Shown here: positions 38,492-50,338 of the stretch, piece by piece
Layout: the number at the start of each line of letters is the position of its first letter
How positions within the stretch are numbered: the stretch's first letter is position 1
Assembly (NCBI GenBank): GCA_900551525.1
Contig: URWD01000001.1
Coordinates: forward strand, 5,164-69,163
DNA from: an uncultured Mycoplasmatota bacterium
GTDB taxonomy: Bacteria > Bacillota_I > Bacilli_A > RF39 > UBA660
Reading direction: 5' to 3'
DNA length: 64,000 bases
Translations under genes and position numbers: made by a program
Notes under the pieces: model-generated
What the model saw: the letters and a program-made list of their open reading frames with translations, nothing else
The model's database searches: none
Told to the model about the DNA's origin: nothing

Positions 38492-38653
38492 ATGATATTA
38501 AAAAATGAAGAGTTAGCTGTTATTGATGGTGGAGGATTCACTGCAACGTTTTTCAATTCTATTGCTAGACTTGGTAAAACAATATATGATATTGGTTATG
38601 AAGTGGGTTCATCTGTTAGAAGATTGCTTGGAAGAACTTTATGTAAAATTTAA
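38492..38653 (+). CDS. Double-glycine-leader bacteriocin precursor peptide (53 aa): leader MILKNEELAVIDGG | mature GFTATFFNSIARLGKTIYDIGYEVGSSVRRLLGRTLCKI
   Basis: RBS aaggagg. The leader fits L..EEL..I.GG. GxxxG (GYEVG) suggests the second peptide of a two-peptide (class IIb-like) bacteriocin. It overrides the overlapping track ORF 38523..38720. Confidence 0.65.
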   Translation: MILKNEELAVIDGGGFTATFFNSIARLGKTIYDIGYEVGSSVRRLLGRTLCKI

Positions 38654-38852
38654 AAAGGCTTATGCCTTTTTGGTACAGATTGGTATTTGTCTTTGGATGA
38701 AGATAGAAAATATAACTTGATTAAATAAGAAAAAAGTAATATTTGTGGTAAATACTAGCATAACTTTGCGAAAATAGTGCAAAATTTGAAGAAAAATGTT
38801 GATAATGCTTAAACCTGATGTTATAATATTTATTGTAACAAGAAGGGAGGGA

Positions 38853-39044
38853 ATGAATTTGACAAAGGTAGTTGTGCAAAATGGTAATGTTGATTTAGCA
38901 TTAAAAAAGTTTAAAGCAAAAGTTGCAAGAAGTGGAGTCCCTTCTGAAATAAAGAAAAGAAAACATTATGAAAAACCAGGCGTTAGAAGAAGAAATGAAA
39001 TAAAAGAAGGAATTAAAAACTCTCATAAAAGAAATCGAGGCTAA
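38853..39044 (+). CDS. rpsU: 30S ribosomal protein S21
   Basis: TKVVVQNGNVDLALKKFKAKVARSG...KHYEKPGVRRR matches S21. The start may be ATG 38853 or TTG 38859. The track start at 38796 is over-extended. Confidence 0.8.
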   Translation: MNLTKVVVQNGNVDLALKKFKAKVARSGVPSEIKKRKHYEKPGVRRRNEIKEGIKNSHKRNRG

Positions 39045-39046
39045 TT

Positions 39047-39493
39047 ATGTACGAAAAAATTAATGAAGATTTAAAAAATGCAATGAAAAGCAAAGATACT
39101 TTTAAATTATCTGTGCTTAGAATGCTTAAAAGTGCTTTACAATTAGAACAAATATCTAAAAAACATGAGCTAGATGATAATGAAATAGCTGCTGTTTTAA
39201 AAAAACAAGTTAAAGTAAGAAAAGATTCTTTGGAAGAATATAAGAAATATAATAAAGAAGATGAAGTTGAAAAACTAGAAAAAGAAATATCTGTATTATC
39301 TGTTTATTTACCTGAAGAATTAAGTGAAGAAGAAATAGAAAAAATAGTTTTATCAGCTATAGATGAAATTAAACCTACAAGTATGAAGGACATGGGACTT
39401 GTAATGAAAAAAGTTGGTGAGCTTCTAGTAGGTAAAAATGCTGATATGTCATTAGTTAGTAAACTTGTTAAAGAAAAAATAATGTCAAATTAA
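39047..39493 (+). CDS. yqeY: GatB/YqeY domain protein
   Basis: A YqeY-like sequence throughout. Conserved rpsU-yqeY pairing. Confidence 0.8.
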   Translation: MYEKINEDLKNAMKSKDTFKLSVLRMLKSALQLEQISKKHELDDNEIAAVLKKQVKVRKDSLEEYKKYNKEDEVEKLEKEISVLSVYLPEELSEEEIEKIVLSAIDEIKPTSMKDMGLVMKKVGELLVGKNADMSLVSKLVKEKIMSN

Positions 39494-39535
39494 AAATAAT
39501 CATACGGGTTAAAATCGTATGATTATTTTTTTATT
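39493..39535. terminator. Bidirectional terminator between yqeY (+) and the ger operon (-)
   Basis: aataatcatacg-ggttaaaat-cgtatgattatt with flanking A/T runs. Confidence 0.65.
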
Positions 39536-40541
39536 ATTTATTTGATAGTTTCTTTATACTAAACAATAAAATAAATATTATTATAAAACCACCGCATACA
39601 TAAGGAAAAACATTGTATAAAATCATGGCATTATAAAAATTGTTAGAAAAATAAGTATTTACTAAATAAAGAATTCCAAAAGACATTAAAAATGGCACTA
39701 TATTGTTTTTTATATTTAATGTTTCTTTTATTTTAAGAATAAATATACTTAAAGAAATAAATAAATCAAAGAACCAATTGATACATATAAAGTTTTCTAT
39801 ATTTTCAATAAATTTAAAGAACCTAATTCTCCTTAGTATTGTATATTCAGGGTAACTATATACATTTATCATTTCTCCCAGAATTAGACTAATTGTGAAT
39901 GCTACCATAATTAAAGTACATGAAGAAAGTAAATAATATTTTAAACTAGATTTAAATTCTAGTTTTTCATTTATCAAGGTAAATATTGGACTTGTTGATA
40001 TTACGGCATATATTAGTGATGCTTTAAATATTGAGGTTGTTTTAACAGCTAAAATAGGAAATAAATTGTCATAATGAAATTCATTAGTTAAAAGAAGTGT
40101 TTTTAAAACAATTATAAATAGACTAAAAAATATTAAAACAAATGCTACATTATAAATACCTTTTATTTTTTTTGACGCAAGGAATGATGCCAAAATTAAA
40201 AATGGTAAACAGGATATAAGTGATGGAGTAAATGTTAGAAAATACGAATATAAGAATCCAGATAGAATAACAAATAAAATAAGTAAATTAAATAAAATAT
40301 AAATTAAGAATATAAGTTTTATAATAATATTTAAAAATGTATTTTTCTTGATATATTCTTTGAATGGAACATCTGAAGAAACTTTATTTATTAAGAAAAG
40401 TATTATAATTCCAATTAAGGTTCCTAGAATAAATGCTATACAGGTATCTGTGTTACTCAGCTCACAAATTCTAGCAAAACCACCACCTAGAAATAGAAAG
40501 TGAGCTAAAAAGTAAATGAATAAATTAGTATTTTTTTTCAT
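39534..40541 (-). CDS. Spore germination protein, GerAB/GerKB-type (amino-acid permease-like integral membrane subunit)
   Basis: A polytopic membrane protein of about 10 TM segments. Last gene of a gerA-type tricistronic operon. Confidence 0.75.
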   Translation of the reverse strand: MKKNTNLFIYFLAHFLFLGGGFARICELSNTDTCIAFILGTLIGIIILFLINKVSSDVPFKEYIKKNTFLNIIIKLIFLIYILFNLLILFVILSGFLYSYFLTFTPSLISCLPFLILASFLASKKIKGIYNVAFVLIFFSLFIIVLKTLLLTNEFHYDNLFPILAVKTTSIFKASLIYAVISTSPIFTLINEKLEFKSSLKYYLLSSCTLIMVAFTISLILGEMINVYSYPEYTILRRIRFFKFIENIENFICINWFFDLFISLSIFILKIKETLNIKNNIVPFLMSFGILYLVNTYFSNNFYNAMILYNVFPYVCGGFIIIFILLFSIKKLSNK

Positions 40542-41614
40542 GATGCTTTTTCCACCTCGTATATTAGTCCTTTTTTGTTTATATAAAAATTAATATTAGA
40601 TTTTATGTCTAGTTTTTGCCAATATTCTTTATCTTTTTTTCTTGTTTTTTTATAATATTTTTCTGTGATTCCTAAAATATCGCTGCCACTTTCTTGTATA
40701 GTTTTTATAAATTCTTGTAATTGTTCATTTAATAATTCACTAAAGTTATTATCTAATTTTTCTAAATTGTCTTTATTTCTAATATTAAAATTGGGATCAT
40801 TATCAAGTATTCTTCCCATTAAATTACCTTTAATATTTATAACTCCATTTTCTATAGAACTATCTAGTTTTCCATTATTTATAGCAACTGTAAAATCTAA
40901 ATTGTCATACTTTATTGTAAAAGTGGGTCTATCAAATTCATTTCTTAAAAGATTATATAGTTTTACATAATCATTATTTAATGTTTCTTTGTAATCATAG
41001 TCTTTAAATATTATCATGCCATTTATTATAAATTCTGTTTCTTTTAAATCTATATTAGAAAAACAAGTGTCTATTCCAAATGTTGTTACTTCTTCAACTA
41101 TTTCATCAAATTTTTTTAGTACATTTGTATTTGAAGAATAACTTACATTTTCTAGTAAACTTGTTATGGCATTACTTGCAACAGGATTTTCATCTGTAGT
41201 ATTATTAAGTAGCATATCTGGTTTTGTATTCATCGAAGATATAACATAGAAATTTTCCCTGAAATAGGTATTTCTTAAGAATAGGTCTATAATATTATCA
41301 AATTTGTTTTGAACTATGGTATCACTTAATACCATAAGTTTTATATGATTAAAAAGGGGTTGTTTAGCTAGTTTATCTGCAGCACTTTCAATGGCACTTG
41401 TTAAGGTATCACCTGAGCCAACTTTAGTGTAGGAAGTTATTTTTGATGAGTCTTTATCTATCTGATCATTTAAAAGCTCTAAAGTTATAATATATTTATC
41501 ATTATCATAATCTACGCCGATAGCACTTATAATAGCTAAATTGTTTATTTCTTTGTAATCATAACAACTGGTGCAAGTAAAAAGTAAAATAATTAAAATT
41601 AGTATTTTTTTCAT
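40538..41614 (-). CDS. Spore germination lipoprotein, Ger(x)C family
   Basis: Lipobox LFTCTSC plus conserved GerAC-family blocks (ISAIGVD, KLMVLSD). Confidence 0.8.
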   Translation of the reverse strand: MKKILILIILLFTCTSCYDYKEINNLAIISAIGVDYDNDKYIITLELLNDQIDKDSSKITSYTKVGSGDTLTSAIESAADKLAKQPLFNHIKLMVLSDTIVQNKFDNIIDLFLRNTYFRENFYVISSMNTKPDMLLNNTTDENPVASNAITSLLENVSYSSNTNVLKKFDEIVEEVTTFGIDTCFSNIDLKETEFIINGMIIFKDYDYKETLNNDYVKLYNLLRNEFDRPTFTIKYDNLDFTVAINNGKLDSSIENGVINIKGNLMGRILDNDPNFNIRNKDNLEKLDNNFSELLNEQLQEFIKTIQESGSDILGITEKYYKKTRKKDKEYWQKLDIKSNINFYINKKGLIYEVEKAS

Positions 41615-43035
41615 AAGTCCTCCGTTTGCTTAATAATATTTGTATGAGTAAATAAGGTACTTCTTCTTGTATCTTTCTTTAAAGATTTTTTTAGAACTGA
41701 ATTATTAAAATATTCTTTATTATATGGAGATATTGGCGCAAAATATGGTTTATTAAATGATTTTGAGGTTGTCGTATATATTAGAAAATAAAATAGTCCT
41801 AAAGTTATTCCGTATAAACCAAATAATCCTGATAATAAGATAAAAATGGCTCGAAAATATCTTAAAGCGTTATTTATTTCAAACGTGGTAAATGTTAGAC
41901 TTGAAATAAATGTTACGGCAATAACAATAATGGTAATCGGGGAGGCAATGCCTGCTGAAACTGATGCTTCACCTAAAACTATAGCTCCAAGTATGGATAT
42001 AGCTGAACCATAACTTGATGGAAATCTTAAGTCACTTTCTTTTAAAATTTCACAAACAAAGAGCATAATTAAAGTTTCAATAATAGTAGGAAATGGTACA
42101 CCACCACGCTCGATCGCAAAATTTAATAACAAATTAGTAGGTATTGTTTCTTGATTATAATTCATAACTGCGATATATATTGATGGAGCCATCATTGATA
42201 TTAAAAAAGCACTAATACGAAGTATTTTAATAAAATTAATATTTTTACCTTTGTTATAATTATCTGTTCCTGGATTAATAAAATCTATGAAAAAAGCTGG
42301 AATTATTAAAACAAATGGAGTTGTATCTACCACAATAGCTATTTTACCTTCTAAAAGAGAGGTTGCAACAATATCAGGTCTTTCTGTTTGCATGTAAGTT
42401 GGGTATACACTTTTATTTTCATCTTCAAGTAAAAATCCAATAGATGAAGAGTCAACAATTCCATCAATATCAATAGTGTCAATTTTTTCTAAAATATTAT
42501 CTACTAGTTTTTTATCGGCTATATCTTCAAAATAAAGAACACTTATATTAGTTAGGGTTTTTCTACCAATTGTTCTATTTTCAGTTTTTAAGGTACTGGA
42601 TTTAATTCTTCTTTTAATAAGTCCAATATTTATTTGAATATTTTCTGTAAATGCATCTTTTGGCCCATTAATAGATGATTCAACTTGGCTATCTGATACA
42701 GCTCTATTAATATCAGCTCTTGTTTCAATTGCTAGTATTTTATTATCTATTATTACTAAACTAAAGCCATTTGTTAGGTAAAATTCACATTTATCTGTAT
42801 TTTTAATTTCTAAAGTATTCGGAGCAGCAATAAATGAAGCTATATTACCTTTCGTAATATTGTCTTTTTTTAAAATTAAATTTTTTAAGATATAATCGTT
42901 TACTTTATTACTACTTGAAACAGTTTCTAAATATGCAATATAGATTTTTTTAAATATATTGATAGTAATACTTTTAATTACTAAGTCAGGACTTTTATTA
43001 AATTCGTTTTGAAGTCTATTTATAATCTTATTCAC
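41611..43035 (-). CDS. Spore germination protein, GerA (GerAA/GerKA) family
   Basis: GerA-family soluble N-domain plus C-terminal TMs (DIVATSLLEGKIAIVVDTTPFVLIIPA). Confidence 0.85.
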   Translation of the reverse strand: MNKIINRLQNEFNKSPDLVIKSITINIFKKIYIAYLETVSSSNKVNDYILKNLILKKDNITKGNIASFIAAPNTLEIKNTDKCEFYLTNGFSLVIIDNKILAIETRADINRAVSDSQVESSINGPKDAFTENIQINIGLIKRRIKSSTLKTENRTIGRKTLTNISVLYFEDIADKKLVDNILEKIDTIDIDGIVDSSSIGFLLEDENKSVYPTYMQTERPDIVATSLLEGKIAIVVDTTPFVLIIPAFFIDFINPGTDNYNKGKNINFIKILRISAFLISMMAPSIYIAVMNYNQETIPTNLLLNFAIERGGVPFPTIIETLIMLFVCEILKESDLRFPSSYGSAISILGAIVLGEASVSAGIASPITIIVIAVTFISSLTFTTFEINNALRYFRAIFILLSGLFGLYGITLGLFYFLIYTTTSKSFNKPYFAPISPYNKEYFNNSVLKKSLKKDTRRSTLFTHTNIIKQTEDL

Positions 43036-43101
43036 CTAAATCACCATTTATAATATTTACCAAATAGTGGTATTTATGCTAAAATGTTGTTAGTGATGTT
43101 T

Positions 43102-44295
43102 ATGAAAGTTGAAATTTTAAGATTTGATGATTTTGGAAGAGGCATTTGCTATGTAGATGATAAAGTTACTTTTGTACCATTTAGTATCCCCAGAGATGTT
43201 TTAGAAATTGAAATAACCAAAGAAAAGAAAAACTATAATGAAGGTAAAATAGTTAAAATAATAAAACCTTCAAAAAATAGGGTAGTTCCACCGTGCCCAT
43301 ATTTTGGTGGATGTGGAGGATGCAGTTATCAAATGCTTCGTTATGATGAAAATCTTTTAGAAAAACAAAATAATGTAATAAATTATTTTAAAAAGAATGG
43401 TCTTTTGATAAATCCAAGTATAATAAAAAATGATAGACCTTATAATTATAGAAATAAAATTACCTTAAAAATAGTAAATAGAAAAATAGGTTATTTTAAA
43501 AATAATAGTCATGAAATCGTAGAAATTAATAAGTGCCTTCTTGCAGAAAATAAAATAAATGAAGTAATTAAGTTAATACCTAGTTTAAATATTATAAATG
43601 GTGAAGTTATTATAAGAAGTAGTTATAAAGATGAAGTTCTTATAATAATTAGTACAAATGATAATGTAGAGATATCCAAAATTAAAGATATAAAAAATTT
43701 AAAAGGGATTATTTTAAATAATAAAACTATTTATAAAGATAACTATTTTATCGAAGAAGTAAATGATATTAAATATAATGTGGCTTATGATGCTTTTTTT
43801 CAAGTAAATAGATTAGTATGTGCTAAAATGTTTAAATTAGCTCAAGATTTTGTAAATGAAGGTGATATTGTTTTAGATTTGTATTCAGGAGTTGGAACAT
43901 TGAGTCTCAGTGCTGCTAGGAAAGCTAAAGAAGTTGTAGGAGTTGAAATAAATAAAAATGCTGTAGATAATGCAAATTCAAATGCTAAACTTAATAATTT
44001 AACTAATGCTTTATTTATTTATAGTGATGCAGGAGATATTAAAAATTTAGATATAAACTTTAATAAATTAATTGTTGATCCCCCAAGAGCTGGTTTAAGC
44101 GAAGATACTATTAATTTTATAAATAAGCGATTACCAGAAGAAATAATGTATATTTCATGTGATTATCATACGCAAGTAAGAGATTTGAAATTACTTGATG
44201 ATTATGAAATAATAGATTCATATGTTTGTGATTTATTTTCTTATACTTATCATGTTGAAAGTATTGTTAGTTTAAAATTTAAAAGTATTAGATAA
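43102..44295 (+). CDS. rlmD: 23S rRNA (uracil-C5)-methyltransferase RlmD/RumA family (TRAM + 4Fe-4S + SAM MTase)
   Basis: TRAM domain, Cys cluster CPYFGGCGGCSYQ, SAM motif LDLYSGVGTLSL, catalytic IVDPPRAG. The start is ambiguous (43084, 43096 or 43102). Confidence 0.75.
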   Translation: MKVEILRFDDFGRGICYVDDKVTFVPFSIPRDVLEIEITKEKKNYNEGKIVKIIKPSKNRVVPPCPYFGGCGGCSYQMLRYDENLLEKQNNVINYFKKNGLLINPSIIKNDRPYNYRNKITLKIVNRKIGYFKNNSHEIVEINKCLLAENKINEVIKLIPSLNIINGEVIIRSSYKDEVLIIISTNDNVEISKIKDIKNLKGIILNNKTIYKDNYFIEEVNDIKYNVAYDAFFQVNRLVCAKMFKLAQDFVNEGDIVLDLYSGVGTLSLSAARKAKEVVGVEINKNAVDNANSNAKLNNLTNALFIYSDAGDIKNLDINFNKLIVDPPRAGLSEDTINFINKRLPEEIMYISCDYHTQVRDLKLLDDYEIIDSYVCDLFSYTYHVESIVSLKFKSIR

Positions 44296-44631
44296 TTGTT
44301 AAAAGGCAATACTCCGATTCTTTTAATAGAAAAAAACATATATATTAAAAAAATATAATAAATTCTATTAAACATGAATATCATGTATCAAAAGCAACTA
44401 AGCTTATAACTAAAAAAGAGAAAATTGATATATTACGTTAATTTTAAATGCTTATTTTGAAAAAAATAAGTGTTTTTTTATGAAAAAATTAATTTTTTTG
44501 AGGAGTTCGACAAAAAGCAACAAATATCGCATTTTAAATGTGCTTTAATATACATTCGAAGGAGGTACATTATGCCAAAATAAATATTTAATAGAAGAAT
44601 ATAATGGGGAAATAAGAAAGATGAGGTTATT

Positions 44632-45381
44632 ATGAAAGAAAAAAGGTTTGGAAGTAATTGTATATATCCAAGTATTTTTAAAGATTACTTTTTAGAGGCA
44701 ATTAATGAAAGCGGATATAAAAACAAAGTAGTATATAAAGATTTAGATAACTTAGCAATAAATCTTTATAATATTAAAATAAATATGTATTCTGTTAATA
44801 TATTCTTAAGTACTATATTTAAACATTATAAAAAAGCAAAATTTAATGTTTTACAAGTAAAAAAGGTATATCATACAAAAGATTATCAGTTATATAATGC
44901 TAAAATAGCTATAAATTATAAGGGCTCAAAGTGGCTTATGGATTTAGATGTTGGTAATGCTTTGAAAAAATTTCCTGATGGAATAGAAGAAGTATTAATA
45001 CTTAAAACTCTAAAGAAAAGGATTATTATAAAGTCATATACTAAAGAGGAAAAACTTGCAGATTTATTTTATAAAATTACTAATAATTTAAATGTTAATG
45101 CTATTGATTTATATAATTTATATTTACTTTATTATGATGATATTAATGTTCATAATTTAGGTCTAGCTTTAGAAAACTTGTATAATAGTATTTCTAGTGA
45201 AACTGATTTTGATACTATTAATAAGAAAATAATTAAATTAAGTTTTAGTAAAAAGGTAAAAAGTAAATGGTTACTATTTAAAAATATAAATGAAAGTATA
45301 AATATTGAGTATGAAGATATAATATGTTCTCTTTATTTAATACTTCTTAAATTAAAAGAAAGAAAAATAAAAAAGCCTTAA
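44632..45381 (+). CDS. Hypothetical protein (249 aa)
   Basis: ORF with RBS. No motif. Confidence 0.5.
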   Translation: MKEKRFGSNCIYPSIFKDYFLEAINESGYKNKVVYKDLDNLAINLYNIKINMYSVNIFLSTIFKHYKKAKFNVLQVKKVYHTKDYQLYNAKIAINYKGSKWLMDLDVGNALKKFPDGIEEVLILKTLKKRIIIKSYTKEEKLADLFYKITNNLNVNAIDLYNLYLLYYDDINVHNLGLALENLYNSISSETDFDTINKKIIKLSFSKKVKSKWLLFKNINESINIEYEDIICSLYLILLKLKERKIKKP

Positions 45382-45761
45382 AGGCTTACAATAAAGGGAA
45401 TTATAAAAGATATAATCATTACAATAAAATATAATTTATAAAGATATGTTTGCCATGGAGATATAGTATTGTTGGGATTATTTTTTGATACATACATGTT
45501 TAGTTCATCATTTATTTTAGGTTTCCATAGTAGGTTATATTTTAATCTGTCGCTAGTACCATATTCTTCGTTATCAACTTTATACGCATAATGATAGTCA
45601 TAAATATTTTTTTGATATGTTGTTCTATTTATAACATCAGTAACTTGACACTTTATTAAATCCATTTGTTTTATTCTAGTATGAATCATGATCCATTTGT
45701 AAAAACAAATGCCAGAAATTGAAAAGAAAATTATGAAAATTAATGCTATATCTTTAGCCAT
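45378..45761 (-). CDS. Hypothetical membrane protein with TMs at both termini (DUF3592-like topology)
   Basis: ORF. Hydrophobic N- and C-terminal segments. Confidence 0.45.
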   Translation of the reverse strand: MAKDIALIFIIFFSISGICFYKWIMIHTRIKQMDLIKCQVTDVINRTTYQKNIYDYHYAYKVDNEEYGTSDRLKYNLLWKPKINDELNMYVSKNNPNNTISPWQTYLYKLYFIVMIISFIIPFIVSL

Positions 45762-45776
45762 GTTTTATCACCTTAA

Positions 45777-47280
<1,504 letters not shown>

Positions 47281-47286
47281 AGTGTT

Positions 47287-47640
47287 TTATTCACTCTTTT
47301 TATTTATGCCAAGAGATCCACCTAGAGTACTTGCTAATATTAAAACTAAATAGTAAATAAATGTGCTTAAACTAAATATATTTTTAGATGTAAATAAACT
47401 TATAATAATTAATACAAGTAAAAATAAACCACCAACTTTAAGTCCAGCTAGATAACCTTTATTACTTGCTTTCTTACCATTTTTAAGACCAAATATAAAG
47501 AATAAACTAATATTAAATATAAATATTAAAAGGTTAGTTATTGTGGAATTAACACCAATTAAATTAAGTAAACTAGTAATAAAAACTAAAGTTATTAAAA
47601 ATAATGTATAATATCCTAGATATTTTAATAAATTTTTCAA
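47287..47640 (-). CDS. Hypothetical integral membrane protein (4 TM, 117 aa)
   Basis: ORF. Hydrophobic throughout. Confidence 0.5.
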   Translation of the reverse strand: MKNLLKYLGYYTLFLITLVFITSLLNLIGVNSTITNLLIFIFNISLFFIFGLKNGKKASNKGYLAGLKVGGLFLLVLIIISLFTSKNIFSLSTFIYYLVLILASTLGGSLGINKKSE

Positions 47641-47709
47641 AATATAATCACCTAATAAATACTATGTTTAAAAACCTTTCATTATTACCATAATATTATT
47701 GGTGATATT

Positions 47710-48357
47710 ATGCAAATATTTACAGTATTATTTAGAACTATTTTCTTTTATTTTTTTGTTCTTATTGCTTATCGTATTATGGGCAAAAGAGAAATAGGGC
47801 AACTTGGAGTAATAGATTTAATTGTGTCTATACTAATCGCAGAACTAGTAGCTATTAGCATTGAAGAATTTAAACAACCTATGGCTTATACCGTTATACC
47901 TATTACTTGTTTAGTTATTCTTGAAGTTTTATTTGCATTTATTTCTATTAAATCAAGAAAGTTTAGAACCATATTTGATGGCAAACCATCTCTCATTATA
48001 GTAAATGGTAAAATAAATTATAAAGAAATGGTAAAACAAAGATACTCTTTAGATGATCTACTTGTTTCTTTAAGACAAAAAGAAATCAGAGATATAGATA
48101 TGGTCGAATATGCGTTTTTAGAACCAAATGGAGAGTTGTCAGTATTTAAATATAACTTTTTTAAACTTAAAAGTCCTTATCCACAGGCTTTAATACTTGA
48201 TGGACAGCTTCAAACTAAAGTCCTTAAATATATTAAAAAAACACCAGAATGGGTAGAAGAAGAACTATCAAAAAATAATTTATTTATAAAAGATATTTTT
48301 TATGCCTTTTATAAAAATAATAAAATATTTATTATTAAGAAAACAGATGTAAATTAA
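47710..48357 (+). CDS. DUF421 (YetF/YdfS-like) membrane protein
   Basis: N-terminal TM region with RIMGKREIGQL..IDLIVSILIAE, and the C-terminal DUF421 domain. Confidence 0.75.
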   Translation: MQIFTVLFRTIFFYFFVLIAYRIMGKREIGQLGVIDLIVSILIAELVAISIEEFKQPMAYTVIPITCLVILEVLFAFISIKSRKFRTIFDGKPSLIIVNGKINYKEMVKQRYSLDDLLVSLRQKEIRDIDMVEYAFLEPNGELSVFKYNFFKLKSPYPQALILDGQLQTKVLKYIKKTPEWVEEELSKNNLFIKDIFYAFYKNNKIFIIKKTDVN

Positions 48358-48477
48358 TAATAGCACATAAAAATAAAATGACCATAAAATATAGTACATT
48401 ATATAATGTTTAGATAGAATTAAGAAAGAGCTCTTTCTTTTTCTTTTTAAAAATGATATACTTAAGTAGTGATTAAT

Positions 48478-49410
48478 ATGAATTATTTAATAAGTGCTGA
48501 AAGTTATAGAATCATAGATGATGAAATTAAGAAAATGGTTAAAGGTAATAACTATATTCTTTTTAATGCAAATAGGTGTACAATTAAAGAAATAATTGAG
48601 GAAGCTTCTTATTTTAGTTTAGATGATAGTAAAAAATGGATTGTTGTATCAAATGCTGATTTTTTTGGTACTGGTAAAATAAGTGAAAGTGATAATGAAC
48701 TTTTGAGTAAATATTTAGAAAATTCAAATGAAACTACTAATATTATTTTTACGACATTAAATGGAATTGATTTAAGAAAAAAGATTGTAAAAAGTATAAA
48801 AAACAAAGGTTCTATAATTAATATTCCCAAGATGGATAAAAGAAATATTAATAGTACTTTAACAAGTTATTTGAAAAACTATGATTATAGCATTGATTAT
48901 AAAACACTTAATTATATAATGGATAATTCTTATAATAATTTAGATATAATGTTTAATGAACTTGATAAAATTATGATATATTATGGTTTTCCATGTACAA
49001 TCAAATATAATGATGTATTAAATATAGTAGGGGAAGAAAAAACAAATAATAATTTTGCTTTTGTAAATGCTGTAATTGAAAAAAATTTAAAATTATCTTT
49101 GAAAATACTTAAATCATTAAAAATATATAAAGTAGAACCAACTGTTTTGGTTTCACTTTTAGCTAGAGAATATCGTCTTATGTATTATGTTAAAAATTTA
49201 TATAATAAAATGAGTATGAGTGATATTATGAGTTATCTTTCTCTAGCAGATTGGCAAATAAATAAATTCTATACAAATTCTAGTAAATTTTCTAACAAAG
49301 AACTACTCGGAAATTTAGTTAAATTATGTGATATAGATTTAAATATTAAAAAGGGTGTATATGATAAGGATATAAGCTTGTATGGCTTCTTAATGGATGC
49401 TTGTAGTTAG
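48478..49410 (+). CDS. holA: DNA polymerase III subunit delta
   Basis: Blocks align with HolA/YqeN: YLISAESY..IDDEI, KWIVVSNADFF, LSKYLENSNETTNIIF, VSLLAREYRLMYYVK. Confidence 0.75.
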   Translation: MNYLISAESYRIIDDEIKKMVKGNNYILFNANRCTIKEIIEEASYFSLDDSKKWIVVSNADFFGTGKISESDNELLSKYLENSNETTNIIFTTLNGIDLRKKIVKSIKNKGSIINIPKMDKRNINSTLTSYLKNYDYSIDYKTLNYIMDNSYNNLDIMFNELDKIMIYYGFPCTIKYNDVLNIVGEEKTNNNFAFVNAVIEKNLKLSLKILKSLKIYKVEPTVLVSLLAREYRLMYYVKNLYNKMSMSDIMSYLSLADWQINKFYTNSSKFSNKELLGNLVKLCDIDLNIKKGVYDKDISLYGFLMDACS

Positions 49411-49426
49411 AAAAAGGAACTGATTT

Positions 49427-50218
49427 TCAGTTTCTTTTTCTTAATAATAATTTAGCAGTATTTTCTTTTTGACTTGCTAAGTCTTTGTAATTATCTTCAT
49501 CAATTGGAAAACCAATATAAAGATTTTCATCTAATGTATTATTTGTTGTGGCAGCATTTATTTTATACATTAATTCTTCTTCAGTATCTACATTTCTTCC
49601 TTCATTTGCTAAATGTAAATTATATTTATTTAAATATTTGAATACTGGACATCTGAGTATGCCTTTTTCGTAACTATATCCTTGTAAAAGTGCTGAAACA
49701 ATTTCATAATTTATATAATTTTCAAGTGTTTCTTTATCTTTTATTGAAAGCCAATTTGCTAAATTGCTTATTTGATTTACAGCATCAATTCTAGCCATTC
49801 TGCTACATAAGTCTATGGCAGTTGTTTTAAAATGCTCATGTAAATAAATAAGATAAGATGTAACATCATTGTGCTTTTTTGCTTTTTGACATATTTCATT
49901 ACATACTTCTAGTATATAAGTTAAAACTTTTAAATTGTATATGTTTATAGTATCACTTTTATTAAAAAAGTTTTCTACAACTCTTTTTGTATCCATGCCA
50001 CTTTTAATATATAATGTTTTGCTGTTTTCATCAAACATAGGTATTTCAAATAAAATGGCATTTTCACCAATGACGATATCATCAACTTCTCTTTGACATC
50101 TTCTTTTTTCAAGAATAATCTTAACAGCGGTTTTAATAAAATTTTCATCTGCTAATAATCCTTTTTTTTCATATTCTTTTAGTAATTTTAATAATTCATA
50201 ATTTAATAATATTTCCAT
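49427..50218 (-). CDS. Hypothetical protein (263 aa)
   Basis: ORF only. Confidence 0.5.
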   Translation of the reverse strand: MEILLNYELLKLLKEYEKKGLLADENFIKTAVKIILEKRRCQREVDDIVIGENAILFEIPMFDENSKTLYIKSGMDTKRVVENFFNKSDTINIYNLKVLTYILEVCNEICQKAKKHNDVTSYLIYLHEHFKTTAIDLCSRMARIDAVNQISNLANWLSIKDKETLENYINYEIVSALLQGYSYEKGILRCPVFKYLNKYNLHLANEGRNVDTEEELMYKINAATTNNTLDENLYIGFPIDEDNYKDLASQKENTAKLLLRKRN

Positions 50219-50338
50219 CCTTCACACTTCCTAGATTTGATTATATCACTTCTTAGAAAATCAGTAAATAAAAATACATAAAACTACTTAAATAAATTAT
50301 AAATACGTGTTATAATCTACTTATAAGGAGATGCCAAG

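Noticed and set aside
38523-38720. 65-aa track ORF overlapping the second bacteriocin precursor
   Set aside because: It is in a different frame from the RBS-preceded GG-leader peptide (38492..38653) and has no RBS or motif. The leader-peptide reading is much better supported.
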